From IMG/VR virus record IMGVR_UViG_3300021389_000012, positions 1 through 64,000 of that record: DNA of 64,000 nucleotides; one strand, given 5' to 3'. Shown here piece after piece: positions 25,993 through 36,235 of the stretch. Position numbers and translations under genes: made by a program. Origin of the DNA: a virus. How positions within the stretch are numbered: the first letter of the stretch is position 1; each line of letters begins with the position of its first letter. Under the pieces are notes generated by a model, which saw only the letters and a program-made list of their open reading frames with translations, made no database searches and was not told where the DNA came from.

Positions 25993-28900
25993 TTGGCTAT
26001 AAATATAAACCATCAGGCAGATAAAATTAAATCTGAATCTGACCTAATACTAGATGCAGGATCAACCAGCAACATTGATGTTTCAACGAAAATTGTTAAA
26101 AATGCATCAGACCCAGTAGATCAACAAGACCTTGTAACAAAAGCATACTTTGAAGCAAACAGTGGTAGCAATGCTATTGACTTAACATTAGGTGTAAGTT
26201 CGGATAGTAGTTGGACAGATGGTGCAATTGAAGGATGGCTAAGCAGTACAACAGTTGGTGATGCTATTGATGACATTAATGAAGCACTACTAAATGTACA
26301 AAATAATACTTTTGTTAAAGGTATTGATTTTACAGCTGACGTTGTTACAGGTGGCGCAGGACTAACTTCTACTCTTACTATTACCGCTGACGGAAATCCA
26401 AACAGATATACTATTAATTGGGGTGATGGCAACTCAACAACTGCAACAACAGATTCAACTCCAACTCATACTTACGCAACTAATACAGGAAGCCCGTTTG
26501 ATGTAACAGTAACAGCATTTAATAATACTGGTGCAGGAACAGGTTCAACTTCTACTAAATTAAGAGAAGATTACATAACAATTTTTACAGGCGATCCAGC
26601 AGTTTCATTTGTAGTATACGATGCGCCAACTGGCGGCAACGCAATTACATATTGGGATGATGGCGATACTGTCTATTTTGAAAATACAACAACTAACACA
26701 TCAGGAGCAGTAATTCAATACACATGGGATTGGAGCGATGGTTCCGCAGATGATGTTATTAATAGCGATAGTGTAGCAGGCGGTGTAGGCGGAGGACGAT
26801 TGTCTCATACGTTTGCTCTTAGTACAGAAGCAGAAGTACAAAGAACCGTTACACTAACATTAGACAGTCATAGCACAGCTACGCCATCAATACTCCCATT
26901 AGACGATGATGCTTCATATAAAATTTACGATGATCATACACCTGATACTACTTCAAATATTACAACAGGTATTAATGAAGAATCAAATGCAGGACTAACA
27001 GTAACATTTACTAACAACACTGAAAATACTATAGGAAGTTACAGTACATACGGAACAACTTATAGATGGGACTTTGGTGATGGAACAATTACAACAGTAA
27101 ATGCAGGCAGTAATCAAAGTGGTGATACTGGACAAACAATAACGCACAAATACACACTTTCAAATAATAGCACGCCAGCAGATTATACAGGTAACTTACA
27201 AGTTTTAAGTAATCACACAAGCAGTCCATTTACAAGTTCAGATTTTACAATTCATGTAGAACCAGATGTTAGAGCAAACATCTCAGGTAGTGCAGATACA
27301 GTTTCAGATCGCAATAGCGATGACATATATGATGTATATGACGGCGTAGATTATAACGGCGTAAACAGAGCATTAGTTACTGTAAGTAACACAAGTGAAA
27401 ATGGTGACAATCATGAATACGATTGGAACGATGGCAGTGCTAATGATAATGAAGCAGGACTAAACAGTGTACAACATGACTTTACAGGAGTAACACCAGG
27501 CAACTATCAATTAGATTTTACTGCAACAGGTACTCCAGATATAACTGCTCAAACAGATTCGGCCAACTTAACTTTTCAAGTTAATGCAGTGCCAAACGCA
27601 CCGGGTGGATTAAGTACAAAAACAATTACACTTACTGATTCCACACAGGGTATTGATCCTAAACTAGCTAATAACTTTACTGACAATAGTGCAACGTCAC
27701 CAGTGATTGCTGGAGCAAGTTTAAACACAAATACCGAAAGACGATATACTAGCGGTAACCTTGACACCAGCATTGCACAAAATGTGTATAATGGTTTAAG
27801 TGGTACTGCAACAGCAATTGTTAACGGTTCGGCAGATGGATCAAAGACGTTTACTACTTCCTTAAATGAAAACGGTACCTTTGATAGTTTAGTAATTAGC
27901 GATCAACGTGATGCAAATGATAGTATAAGTTCTACAACTTACCCCACTGGATTTTATCAAACATTTGACGCAAAAATTACTAAACCATTTGCTGAATACT
28001 CAACAGGTGTTAATGATCAAAGAATAGAGCACAATGCAACAGGAAATACTAACTACGTAACAGTTATTTGTGATGACTTAACTAGCGTTCCTACTATTGA
28101 CTTAGCAAGTGCTACTTTGACAGAAAGCACCGCAGGTAGTTACAGATATATTTCTGGAATTCCTTACTACAACACAGGAAACCCACAACTTACACTAAGT
28201 GGTGCATCGCTTTCTAACTGGATTGGTCAAGCATATAGAGATACAAGCAATGTATTTGAAATTGCTAATGGTACCAATTCAGAAAGCACAAGTGGTGCTA
28301 CTATTAGTACACAGTATAAAGGGTATTCAGACCTAGAAGCAGTTTCTTATTTAACAGCAGGTATACCAAATGCTAATACTGGATTTGGTTCATCATATGC
28401 ATTAGCAGACCAAACAATTAACGTTACTACAAGTAGTGTTAAAGCAGTCGAAACGCTTAAATTTAAAGCGAATAATGTAAATGGTAGCTCAAACTATACA
28501 GAACTAACAAACACCGCTGTACAGGTGCATACTGCTAATCCTACGGGTGTTTTAGAGGATGATATACCAGTAGCAAGTGGATTAGGTAACGGTGTAATTA
28601 CTGATGACGGAATTCGTATTGCTGACTTTATATCTTCTACTACAGATAATCCAGCAATATCAAGTTCTACTAATTATACTTCTACACCATTCACTGGTGC
28701 AATTAGTGTAAGTGGAACACAAGAAGCAACTGTACGTTGGGGTATATTAAAACATGATACTACTGATTATTCTACTGGATTTTTACCAGTAGGTCCTGAT
28801 AGAAGCTCAGATACCGGAACACAGTATTTTACTTTTGCTTTCCGTAGACAAGTTGTTGCTAACTTTAATATCAGTATAAACAGTACGGGTATTGCAGGAC

Positions 28901-29208
28901 TATGGATTGCAGCACCAGGTACTGGTGTAGATACTGCAAGTGGATTAAATGGCTGGCTAGATTGTACAGGTCAATATGCTGGTGCAGGTGTTCCTGGTAG
29001 TGATACTGGAAACGGAGGTAACGGCAGTGACGGTTGTGCCTTGACAGGTTCAGATACAGTACCAACAGGTTCAAGTATTAATTCAAGTTATACAATGACG
29101 CTAGGTAGTGAAAATATGAGTAATGCAACAAATAATGTTGTGTTAGTTAGAGTAGCATTAGCAAGCGGTAAGCAACTTACAAGTATATCTATCGGGGAGA
29201 CTAGTTAA
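25993..29208 (+). CDS. Large virion structural protein with PKD/Ig-like repeats
   Basis: Repeated YTINWGDG / YTWDWSDG / YRWDFGDG / YDWNDG PKD motifs; TTG start with GAGGA SD. Confidence 0.7.
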   Translation: MAININHQADKIKSESDLILDAGSTSNIDVSTKIVKNASDPVDQQDLVTKAYFEANSGSNAIDLTLGVSSDSSWTDGAIEGWLSSTTVGDAIDDINEALLNVQNNTFVKGIDFTADVVTGGAGLTSTLTITADGNPNRYTINWGDGNSTTATTDSTPTHTYATNTGSPFDVTVTAFNNTGAGTGSTSTKLREDYITIFTGDPAVSFVVYDAPTGGNAITYWDDGDTVYFENTTTNTSGAVIQYTWDWSDGSADDVINSDSVAGGVGGGRLSHTFALSTEAEVQRTVTLTLDSHSTATPSILPLDDDASYKIYDDHTPDTTSNITTGINEESNAGLTVTFTNNTENTIGSYSTYGTTYRWDFGDGTITTVNAGSNQSGDTGQTITHKYTLSNNSTPADYTGNLQVLSNHTSSPFTSSDFTIHVEPDVRANISGSADTVSDRNSDDIYDVYDGVDYNGVNRALVTVSNTSENGDNHEYDWNDGSANDNEAGLNSVQHDFTGVTPGNYQLDFTATGTPDITAQTDSANLTFQVNAVPNAPGGLSTKTITLTDSTQGIDPKLANNFTDNSATSPVIAGASLNTNTERRYTSGNLDTSIAQNVYNGLSGTATAIVNGSADGSKTFTTSLNENGTFDSLVISDQRDANDSISSTTYPTGFYQTFDAKITKPFAEYSTGVNDQRIEHNATGNTNYVTVICDDLTSVPTIDLASATLTESTAGSYRYISGIPYYNTGNPQLTLSGASLSNWIGQAYRDTSNVFEIANGTNSESTSGATISTQYKGYSDLEAVSYLTAGIPNANTGFGSSYALADQTINVTTSSVKAVETLKFKANNVNGSSNYTELTNTAVQVHTANPTGVLEDDIPVASGLGNGVITDDGIRIADFISSTTDNPAISSSTNYTSTPFTGAISVSGTQEATVRWGILKHDTTDYSTGFLPVGPDRSSDTGTQYFTFAFRRQVVANFNISINSTGIAGLWIAAPGTGVDTASGLNGWLDCTGQYAGAGVPGSDTGNGGNGSDGCALTGSDTVPTGSSINSSYTMTLGSENMSNATNNVVLVRVALASGKQLTSISIGETS

Positions 29209-30791
29209 TGGCAATTTCCGATAATCAAAAGTTAGACTATCTATTTAAGAAAGTTGGTTTTGGTGCAACCAAAACTGATATTAATTCTAACAAACTTGCT
29301 GCCAACGAAAGCATTGCAAGTCCGTTATTAATACGTGGTGATACAATTTGGGCAGAATCTGGTAGTATTCCTTCAGTTAAGCCCAGTACTACAACAAGCC
29401 CAGTAACAATACAAACAGCCGTTGAAGCAACTGCTGATATTACTGCAAGTACTAATAGAACTTGGAAAACAGGAGTAACAGATTGGATTCCAACTGAATT
29501 TGGTGCAACATATCTTGTAAATGTTTATATTCATACCAGCGGTGATGCCGCAGGTGCTGAATCATTATCTAATAAAGTATTTACAACTGGTAGTGGTAAC
29601 AATGACGAATGGTTCTTTGATTATCAATCAGGTGTATTAAACTTTATTGGCACAAACTTACCCAATGGTGTAAACTTCTCAGGTAAGAGTGTTTACATAT
29701 CTGGTGCAACATATTCTGGAACTAAAGGTACTGCATCATCTAGTCAAGCTGCCGACATCAGTACACTACAGACACAAGTAGCTAGTATATTAACAAACAC
29801 AGATCCAGCCGCATTAGACTCACTTACAGAGATTGTAAATGCGTTTCAAACAGCTGATGGAACGTTTGCAACATCAACAGAGCTTGCTAACGTAAACACC
29901 GCTATACGAAGCGATTTGGCACTTACAGTTGAAGAAATAAACGATCCAGTATCAAACGTAAGTGTATCAGATGTAACAGGACTAAAATTTGACGTCGACG
30001 GTGGTTTTGCACTAACAGACAACAGTGATGGTACAGTTACAATTACACTTGAGTCAACCTTTAAAACGTGGCACGTTTACGATACGGCTAGTGACACAAC
30101 ACCAACTGATATTGTTGCAAGTGCAGTTGACGAAATTGATATACGTGCTGGTAATAATATTACACTTACTCCAGTTACTACTACTGGTTCTAAAGGGATA
30201 ACAATTGCTAGTGATATTAGTGATTTATTAGACCTTGGTATAAGTGATGGTACAGTTGGTCAAGTATTACAAACAGATGGTAACGGTAACTTCTCGTTTA
30301 CAAATAATAGTATTACATCTAATTCAATTCCTACTTCTCAAGCATTTACAGGAGACGGATCAACAGTTGATTATACATTAACAGATTCTCCAGCAGATGA
30401 AGAATCTATAGACGTTTATGTAAATGATGTTTTGCAACGTCCTAGCATATACTCGTTAAGTGGAACAACATTATCATTTAATGAGACTCCTGCTAATAAT
30501 GATGAGATTTATGTTAAGTATAGATATCCAAATGCAACAAATGTAAGTTTAGTGAATAACTCTGTAGAAAACCAACACTTAGATTTGATATATACTAGTA
30601 ACCAGTATACAGGAGACAACACTACAACGCAATATACTATTCCAACTGGACACACAGTTGATAGCGTATTAGCCATAGTAGATGGATTAATTTTGCAACC
30701 AACTGAATATAGTGTTAGTGGAGCAACTTTAACTTTTACAACTGCACCGTCAACTAGTTCAACAGTTGACTTTAGATATTTTCCAATTTAA
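29208..30791 (+). CDS. Virion structural / fibre protein
   Basis: DPAALDSLTEI module, DGTVGQVLQTDGNGNFSF, two FTGDG...VYVN..LQ.P..YS repeats. Confidence 0.65.
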   Translation: MAISDNQKLDYLFKKVGFGATKTDINSNKLAANESIASPLLIRGDTIWAESGSIPSVKPSTTTSPVTIQTAVEATADITASTNRTWKTGVTDWIPTEFGATYLVNVYIHTSGDAAGAESLSNKVFTTGSGNNDEWFFDYQSGVLNFIGTNLPNGVNFSGKSVYISGATYSGTKGTASSSQAADISTLQTQVASILTNTDPAALDSLTEIVNAFQTADGTFATSTELANVNTAIRSDLALTVEEINDPVSNVSVSDVTGLKFDVDGGFALTDNSDGTVTITLESTFKTWHVYDTASDTTPTDIVASAVDEIDIRAGNNITLTPVTTTGSKGITIASDISDLLDLGISDGTVGQVLQTDGNGNFSFTNNSITSNSIPTSQAFTGDGSTVDYTLTDSPADEESIDVYVNDVLQRPSIYSLSGTTLSFNETPANNDEIYVKYRYPNATNVSLVNNSVENQHLDLIYTSNQYTGDNTTTQYTIPTGHTVDSVLAIVDGLILQPTEYSVSGATLTFTTAPSTSSTVDFRYFPI

Positions 30792-30963
30792 GGAAATATT
30801 TTTTTAAAATCCTAGTTCACAAATAACTTAATTCCACCCAAATATAGGTAAATACATTGCACGGGTTCTTACCTGTGTGTTAATTGCGGAGTTCATATAC
30901 CGCAGTTGACCTTTCCTTATAAAGATTATAAGGAATCAAATATATTTGATTGGAGAAATCTAT

Positions 30964-33585
30964 ATGGCTTTTAGACAAATTAAAACTCCTGCTCTAGCAG
31001 ATCAGGCAGTTATCACAGCCAAGCTCGACGTTACAGCAGTTTCAGGCCACTCTGCGGTTACTTCGCTTATCGGTGCAGACGAGTTTTTAGTACATGATTC
31101 AGCAAACGGTGCCTTGAAAAAGATCACCTCAGCTAATTTAATTGCTAACTACGACACTGACGATATTACAGAAGGTTCAAGTAACTTATACTATACTGAT
31201 GCTCGTGTTGAATCAGCAATAGACGGTTATGTAACTGGCGGGACTGGTGTTACAGTTTCAAGTGGTGCTATTTCGATTGGACAGGACGTTTCTACTACAG
31301 CAAACGTAACGTTTAACAACATAGCAGTAGACGGTACACTAACAACAGACGACATTACAGCAGCTACAGTAACAGCTTCTGGTAACATGATTGTTGGTGG
31401 TGACTTAACAGTTCAAGGTACAACAACATCAGTTAACTCAACAACAGTTGAAATTTCTGATAACATTCTTGTATTAAACAAAGACGCAACAAGCGGTACA
31501 ATAGACGCAGGTATCGTAGTTGAACGTGGATCAGATGGCGACAAGCAGTTCATCTGGGACGAAACAAACGATCGTTGGTCAACAGACGGCGAATCACTTG
31601 CAGCATCAATAATTGGTAACGTAGTAGGTAATGTAACTGGTACAGTTTCATCTATTGCTAACCATGACACTGATTCTTTAAGTGAAGGTTCAAGCAACCT
31701 ATATTATACATCAGCTCGTTTTGATGCAGCCTTGGCAGCATCAGATACAGATGATTTAAGTGAAGGTTCAAGTAACTTATACTTTACATCAGCTCGTTCA
31801 GAAGCATCATTTGACACAAAATTAGCAGCAGCTGATTCAGATGATTTGAGCGAAGGTTCAACTAACTTATATTTCACAAACGCTCGTGCAGACGCAGTAA
31901 TTGCCGCAGCATCAGTTGGTGATTTATCAGACGTTGATATTTCATCTATTGCAGGCGGTAACACTATCGTTTGGGATGGAGTAAATAGCACATTTACAAC
32001 TGCAGATCATTTTGATTCGGCAGACTTTGCTACAGCAGTTGCGTTGTTAGACACAAACGATATTGCTGAAGGTACAAACTTGTACTTTACAGACGCAAGA
32101 GCACGTGGTGCCATTAGTGCTGGTGGTGATTTAGCATATAACTCATCTACGGGTGTTATGTCATTCACACAACGTACAAACTCAGAAGTTGAAGGCTTAG
32201 CAAAAGCGGCTTTATCAGCAACTGGCGATTTAACATACAACTCATCTACGGGTGCATTTGGTGTTACAACTTATAAGACAGCAGATTTTACTACAGATCT
32301 TGCAACAAAAACAACTGACAACTTAACTGAAGGTTCAAGCAACTTATACTTTACAGATGCTCGTGTAGCCTCTTACCTTTCTTCTAACTCATATGCAACA
32401 GAAACATATGTAGATACAGCAGTACAGGCAGTTATTGACTCAGCTCCAGCAGCTTTAGACACATTGAACGAATTAGCGGCAGCACTAGGTGATGACGCCA
32501 ACTTCGCAGGTACAATGACAACATCTTTAGCAGGCAAACTAGCACTAGCTGGTGGAACAATGACTGGCGACATCGCAATGGGTTCAAACTCAATTACAGG
32601 TCTTGCAGCTCCGGCAGCAGGTGGCGATGCAGCTAACAAAACTTACGTTGATGGTGAAGTTACAACAATCAACAGCACAATCTCAGCGTTAGACACTGAT
32701 GATGTTGCTGAAGGTTCAACTAACTTATATTACACATCAGCACGTGGTGAAGCAATGTTTGATACAAAGATTGCAGCAGCTTCAATCAATGCTCTTTTAG
32801 ACGTTGATACAACAGGCGCAGCAGCTGATAAGGTTCTGAAATATGATGCCGTAAACAGCAAATGGGTAGTTGGCGATGCAGCAGCAACAGTTCTAACATT
32901 AACAGACGTTACAGATAACGACTATACAAACAAAGCTGATTATGTTTTACAAGTAAATACCGGTGCAACCGCTATGGAACTTGTAGATCCAGCAACAGTT
33001 GTATGGGGTTCACAAGATCGTGTAGTATTAAACGGTTCAGGAGTAGCAACTTACTCACTAGGCTTTACTGGCTCACAGAGTCACGCTTATGTGTTTGTAG
33101 GTGGTGTTATTCAAGATCCAACAACTCACTACACTATCACTGGTTCATCAATTACATTTACTTCTAACATTCCATCTGGAACGCAAGCAGTTGTAATTAA
33201 CCCAGCAGTAGCTTCAGTACCATACTTACAACCAGCGTCAGTTACAGCTGATAAACTAGGTGCAAGCGTTAAAGCGTATGTACAAGGTTCAGATGTATCG
33301 GCAACTGGTTCAACTACTATTGATACTTTTGCAGGCGGAACATACCGTTCAGCAAAATACATCATGCAAGTTGATGATGGTTCTGGTAACTATGAAACAA
33401 GAGAAGCATTGGTTGTACACGATGGTACAACTGCATACATTACAGAATATGCTATGGTTTATACCGGCGCAGATTTATTGGGTGATGCAAGTGTTACTAT
33501 GTCGGGCAGCGATGTTTTACTTCAGTATACACCAACTTCAGGTACAGTCACAGTGAAAGTTATTGCAACTTACATTGATGTCTAA
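30964..33585 (+). CDS. Long tail-fibre-like protein
   Basis: Many TDDLSEGSSNLYFTxAR repeats and an APAALDTLNELAAALGDD module; ATG 30964 with GGAG SD. Confidence 0.7.
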   Translation: MAFRQIKTPALADQAVITAKLDVTAVSGHSAVTSLIGADEFLVHDSANGALKKITSANLIANYDTDDITEGSSNLYYTDARVESAIDGYVTGGTGVTVSSGAISIGQDVSTTANVTFNNIAVDGTLTTDDITAATVTASGNMIVGGDLTVQGTTTSVNSTTVEISDNILVLNKDATSGTIDAGIVVERGSDGDKQFIWDETNDRWSTDGESLAASIIGNVVGNVTGTVSSIANHDTDSLSEGSSNLYYTSARFDAALAASDTDDLSEGSSNLYFTSARSEASFDTKLAAADSDDLSEGSTNLYFTNARADAVIAAASVGDLSDVDISSIAGGNTIVWDGVNSTFTTADHFDSADFATAVALLDTNDIAEGTNLYFTDARARGAISAGGDLAYNSSTGVMSFTQRTNSEVEGLAKAALSATGDLTYNSSTGAFGVTTYKTADFTTDLATKTTDNLTEGSSNLYFTDARVASYLSSNSYATETYVDTAVQAVIDSAPAALDTLNELAAALGDDANFAGTMTTSLAGKLALAGGTMTGDIAMGSNSITGLAAPAAGGDAANKTYVDGEVTTINSTISALDTDDVAEGSTNLYYTSARGEAMFDTKIAAASINALLDVDTTGAAADKVLKYDAVNSKWVVGDAAATVLTLTDVTDNDYTNKADYVLQVNTGATAMELVDPATVVWGSQDRVVLNGSGVATYSLGFTGSQSHAYVFVGGVIQDPTTHYTITGSSITFTSNIPSGTQAVVINPAVASVPYLQPASVTADKLGASVKAYVQGSDVSATGSTTIDTFAGGTYRSAKYIMQVDDGSGNYETREALVVHDGTTAYITEYAMVYTGADLLGDASVTMSGSDVLLQYTPTSGTVTVKVIATYIDV

Positions 33586-33731
33586 GTACTAGATTAACAT
33601 AGGGGCGTTGCGTAAGCGGCGTCCCATTAATTGTAAAATTTTTAATAATAGTATTTTACAGTTAAGAAAAAGAGATAAACAAATTCGATACTCTATGTAT
33701 TGAAAACTTTTTGATCAAAAGGAGTCATAAA

Positions 33732-34871
33732 ATGGCACAAAGAAAATTTAAAATCGATGGTGGTTTTTCTACTGATGATGCTTCCGAGTTACTAGCTAAT
33801 TTGACTATGGGTGGTACAATTGATATGGATTCTAATAAAATCCTTAACGTTGCTACTCCATCAGCAGACACAGATGCAGCTAACAAGGCATATGTTGACG
33901 GCGTTGTTGACGCGGCACCCGGTGCGTTAGATACATTAAATGAACTAGCAGCAGCACTAGGTGATGATGCAAACTTCAGTACAACAATCACAAACTCAAT
34001 TGCTACTAAGGCAGCGACAACATATGTTGACGCCGAAATAGCAACTGTACAAGGCGAATTTGCAACAGCAGATACAAACTTAACAACAAGTTTGCAATCA
34101 TATGCAGATACAGCCGAAGCAGATGCAATAGCAACTGCGGCAGCAGATGCAACATCTAAAGCAGATGCGGCACAGGCGGCAGCAGAAGCAACGGCGGCAG
34201 GTGCAAACACATCACTACAAACTGCTATGGAAACATATGCAGATACAGCCGAAGCAGACGCAATTTCTACAGCGGCAGCAGATGCAACATCTAAAGCAAA
34301 TGCGGCAGTTGTAACAGCAAATGGTTACACTGATACGCAAGTAGCGGCACTAGTTGACTCAGCTCCAGGTACATTAGATACATTAAATGAACTTGCAGCA
34401 GCACTAGGTGATGACGCCAACTATGCGGCATCAGTAACATCGGCTATTTCAGCGGCACAAACTGCAGCTCAAAACTATGCAGATGCAAACGATGCCAACA
34501 CTACATACACAGCAGGTAACGGTATGACGTTAAGTGGTACTGAATTCTTAATGAGTGGTTCATATACTGGTAGCTTTACAGCAACTGGTGACATTACTGC
34601 TTATTCAGATGATAGTTTGAAAACTAACGTTCAAGTTATTGACGGTGCATTAGGCAAAGTTGAAGCAATTCGCGGTGTTACGTTTGAAAGAATTGAAGAC
34701 GGTTCAGTATCAACAGGTGTTATCGCCCAGGAACTTAAAGCAGTACTTCCTGAAGCAGTACACACAGATGCAGAAGGTGTTCATTCAGTAGCATACGGAA
34801 ACATTACAGGTCTACTAATTGAAGCGGTTAAGGAATTATCAGCTCAAGTAGAAGAACTTAAAGCTAAGTAA
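33732..34871 (+). CDS. Tail fibre with C-terminal intramolecular chaperone (peptidase S74)
   Basis: DITAYSDDSLKTNV...RGVTF...GVIAQE...SVAYGN...LLIEAVKEL. Confidence 0.8.
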   Translation: MAQRKFKIDGGFSTDDASELLANLTMGGTIDMDSNKILNVATPSADTDAANKAYVDGVVDAAPGALDTLNELAAALGDDANFSTTITNSIATKAATTYVDAEIATVQGEFATADTNLTTSLQSYADTAEADAIATAAADATSKADAAQAAAEATAAGANTSLQTAMETYADTAEADAISTAAADATSKANAAVVTANGYTDTQVAALVDSAPGTLDTLNELAAALGDDANYAASVTSAISAAQTAAQNYADANDANTTYTAGNGMTLSGTEFLMSGSYTGSFTATGDITAYSDDSLKTNVQVIDGALGKVEAIRGVTFERIEDGSVSTGVIAQELKAVLPEAVHTDAEGVHSVAYGNITGLLIEAVKELSAQVEELKAK

Positions 34872-34892
34872 TTAGAATTTAATTACAAAACT

Positions 34893-34920
34893 AAAGCAGG
34901 GTGAAAGCCCTGCTTTTTTT
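34893..34920 (+). terminator. Rho-independent terminator
   Basis: aaagcagggt-gaaa-gccctgcttt plus T run. Confidence 0.85.
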
Positions 34921-34945
34921 ATGGCCGTATAAAAGTTTGTTTGTG

Positions 34946-34983
34946 ATAAATACTACTATAATTAATAAATACTACTATAATTA
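34946..34983 (+). repeat. Perfect 19-nt tandem duplication containing the late promoter
   Basis: ataaatactactataatta x2. Confidence 0.9.
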
Positions 34984-34998
34984 AAGGAAATTACTATC

Positions 34999-36207
34999 AT
35001 GGCGTTTAGAGGAATACAATCAACTAATATAATCAGTACAGAAGTCGGATTCACAGATCCAGTTCTTATACTGAACAAAGATGGATCAACTGCTGTTGAT
35101 GTTGGATTTTTAGGTAAAATAGGATCTACATCATATGCAGGACTTGTTAAAGACAGTACTACAGAAGATTTTCTTTTAATAAAATCAATCAGTATAAATT
35201 CAAGTTCAATTAATGATATTGATGCTACAGATTTAAGTTTAGTAAAAGGTGATCTTGTAGTAGAAACAGTTACAGGTGATCTTGTAGGCGATGTTACCGG
35301 ACAAGTAAGTGATATCAGCAATTTTAACACAGATAGTTTAAGTGAAGGTTCGACTAATCTTTATTATACAACAACACGAGCAGATGCAGATTTTGATACT
35401 AGAATTGCAACTAAAAATACAGACAATTTAAGCGAAGGATCAACTAATTTATATTTTACTAATGCTAGAGCAGACGCAAGAGCACAATTAAAATTTGATG
35501 AACTAGTAGGCGCTGCTCCTTCGGCACTAAACACACTAGATGAACTTGCTGCAGCCTTAGGCGATGATGCTAATTTTAGTACAACTGTTACAAACAGTAT
35601 TGCCGCAAAGTTACCACTTGCTGGTGGTACACTAACAGGTAATTTAGTATTTGGTGATAATGTTAAAGCTACTTTTGGAGATAGCAGTGATTTACAAATA
35701 TATCACGATGGTTCTAATAGTTTTATTACAGAAGCCTCTGGTACAGGTGAGCTTTACATTAGAGGAACAAACATAATATTTAAATCTGGTGCAGACAATG
35801 ACGATTATATTAAATGTCACGAAAATGGAGATGTAATACTGTATTATTCAAATGCACAAAAATTAGCAACAACTAGTGCAGGTATATCGGTAACAGGTGC
35901 TATTACAGCCTCAGGAGATATTACTGCTTACTCAGATGATAGTTTAAAAACCAATGTACAAGTCATTGACAACGCAGTAGGTAAAGTAGAGCAATTACGA
36001 GGAGTAACATTTGATCGTATAGAAGATGGATCTACTTCTACTGGTGTTATTGCACAAGAACTCAAAGAAGTACTTCCAGAAGCAGTACACACAGATGAAC
36101 AAGGAGTACACTCTGTTGCATATGGTAATGTTGTTGGCTTATTAATTGAAGCAATCAAAGAACAACAGAAACAAATTGATGAACTTATAAAAGCTAATAA
36201 GTCATAA
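34999..36207 (+). CDS. Tail fibre with C-terminal S74 chaperone
   Basis: EGSTNLY repeats, DLQIYHDGSNS module, SDDSLK...GVIAQE...LLIEAIKE. Confidence 0.8.
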   Translation: MAFRGIQSTNIISTEVGFTDPVLILNKDGSTAVDVGFLGKIGSTSYAGLVKDSTTEDFLLIKSISINSSSINDIDATDLSLVKGDLVVETVTGDLVGDVTGQVSDISNFNTDSLSEGSTNLYYTTTRADADFDTRIATKNTDNLSEGSTNLYFTNARADARAQLKFDELVGAAPSALNTLDELAAALGDDANFSTTVTNSIAAKLPLAGGTLTGNLVFGDNVKATFGDSSDLQIYHDGSNSFITEASGTGELYIRGTNIIFKSGADNDDYIKCHENGDVILYYSNAQKLATTSAGISVTGAITASGDITAYSDDSLKTNVQVIDNAVGKVEQLRGVTFDRIEDGSTSTGVIAQELKEVLPEAVHTDEQGVHSVAYGNVVGLLIEAIKEQQKQIDELIKANKS

Positions 36208-36235
36208 ATACATTAAATAGAACGGAGAAAGAGCA

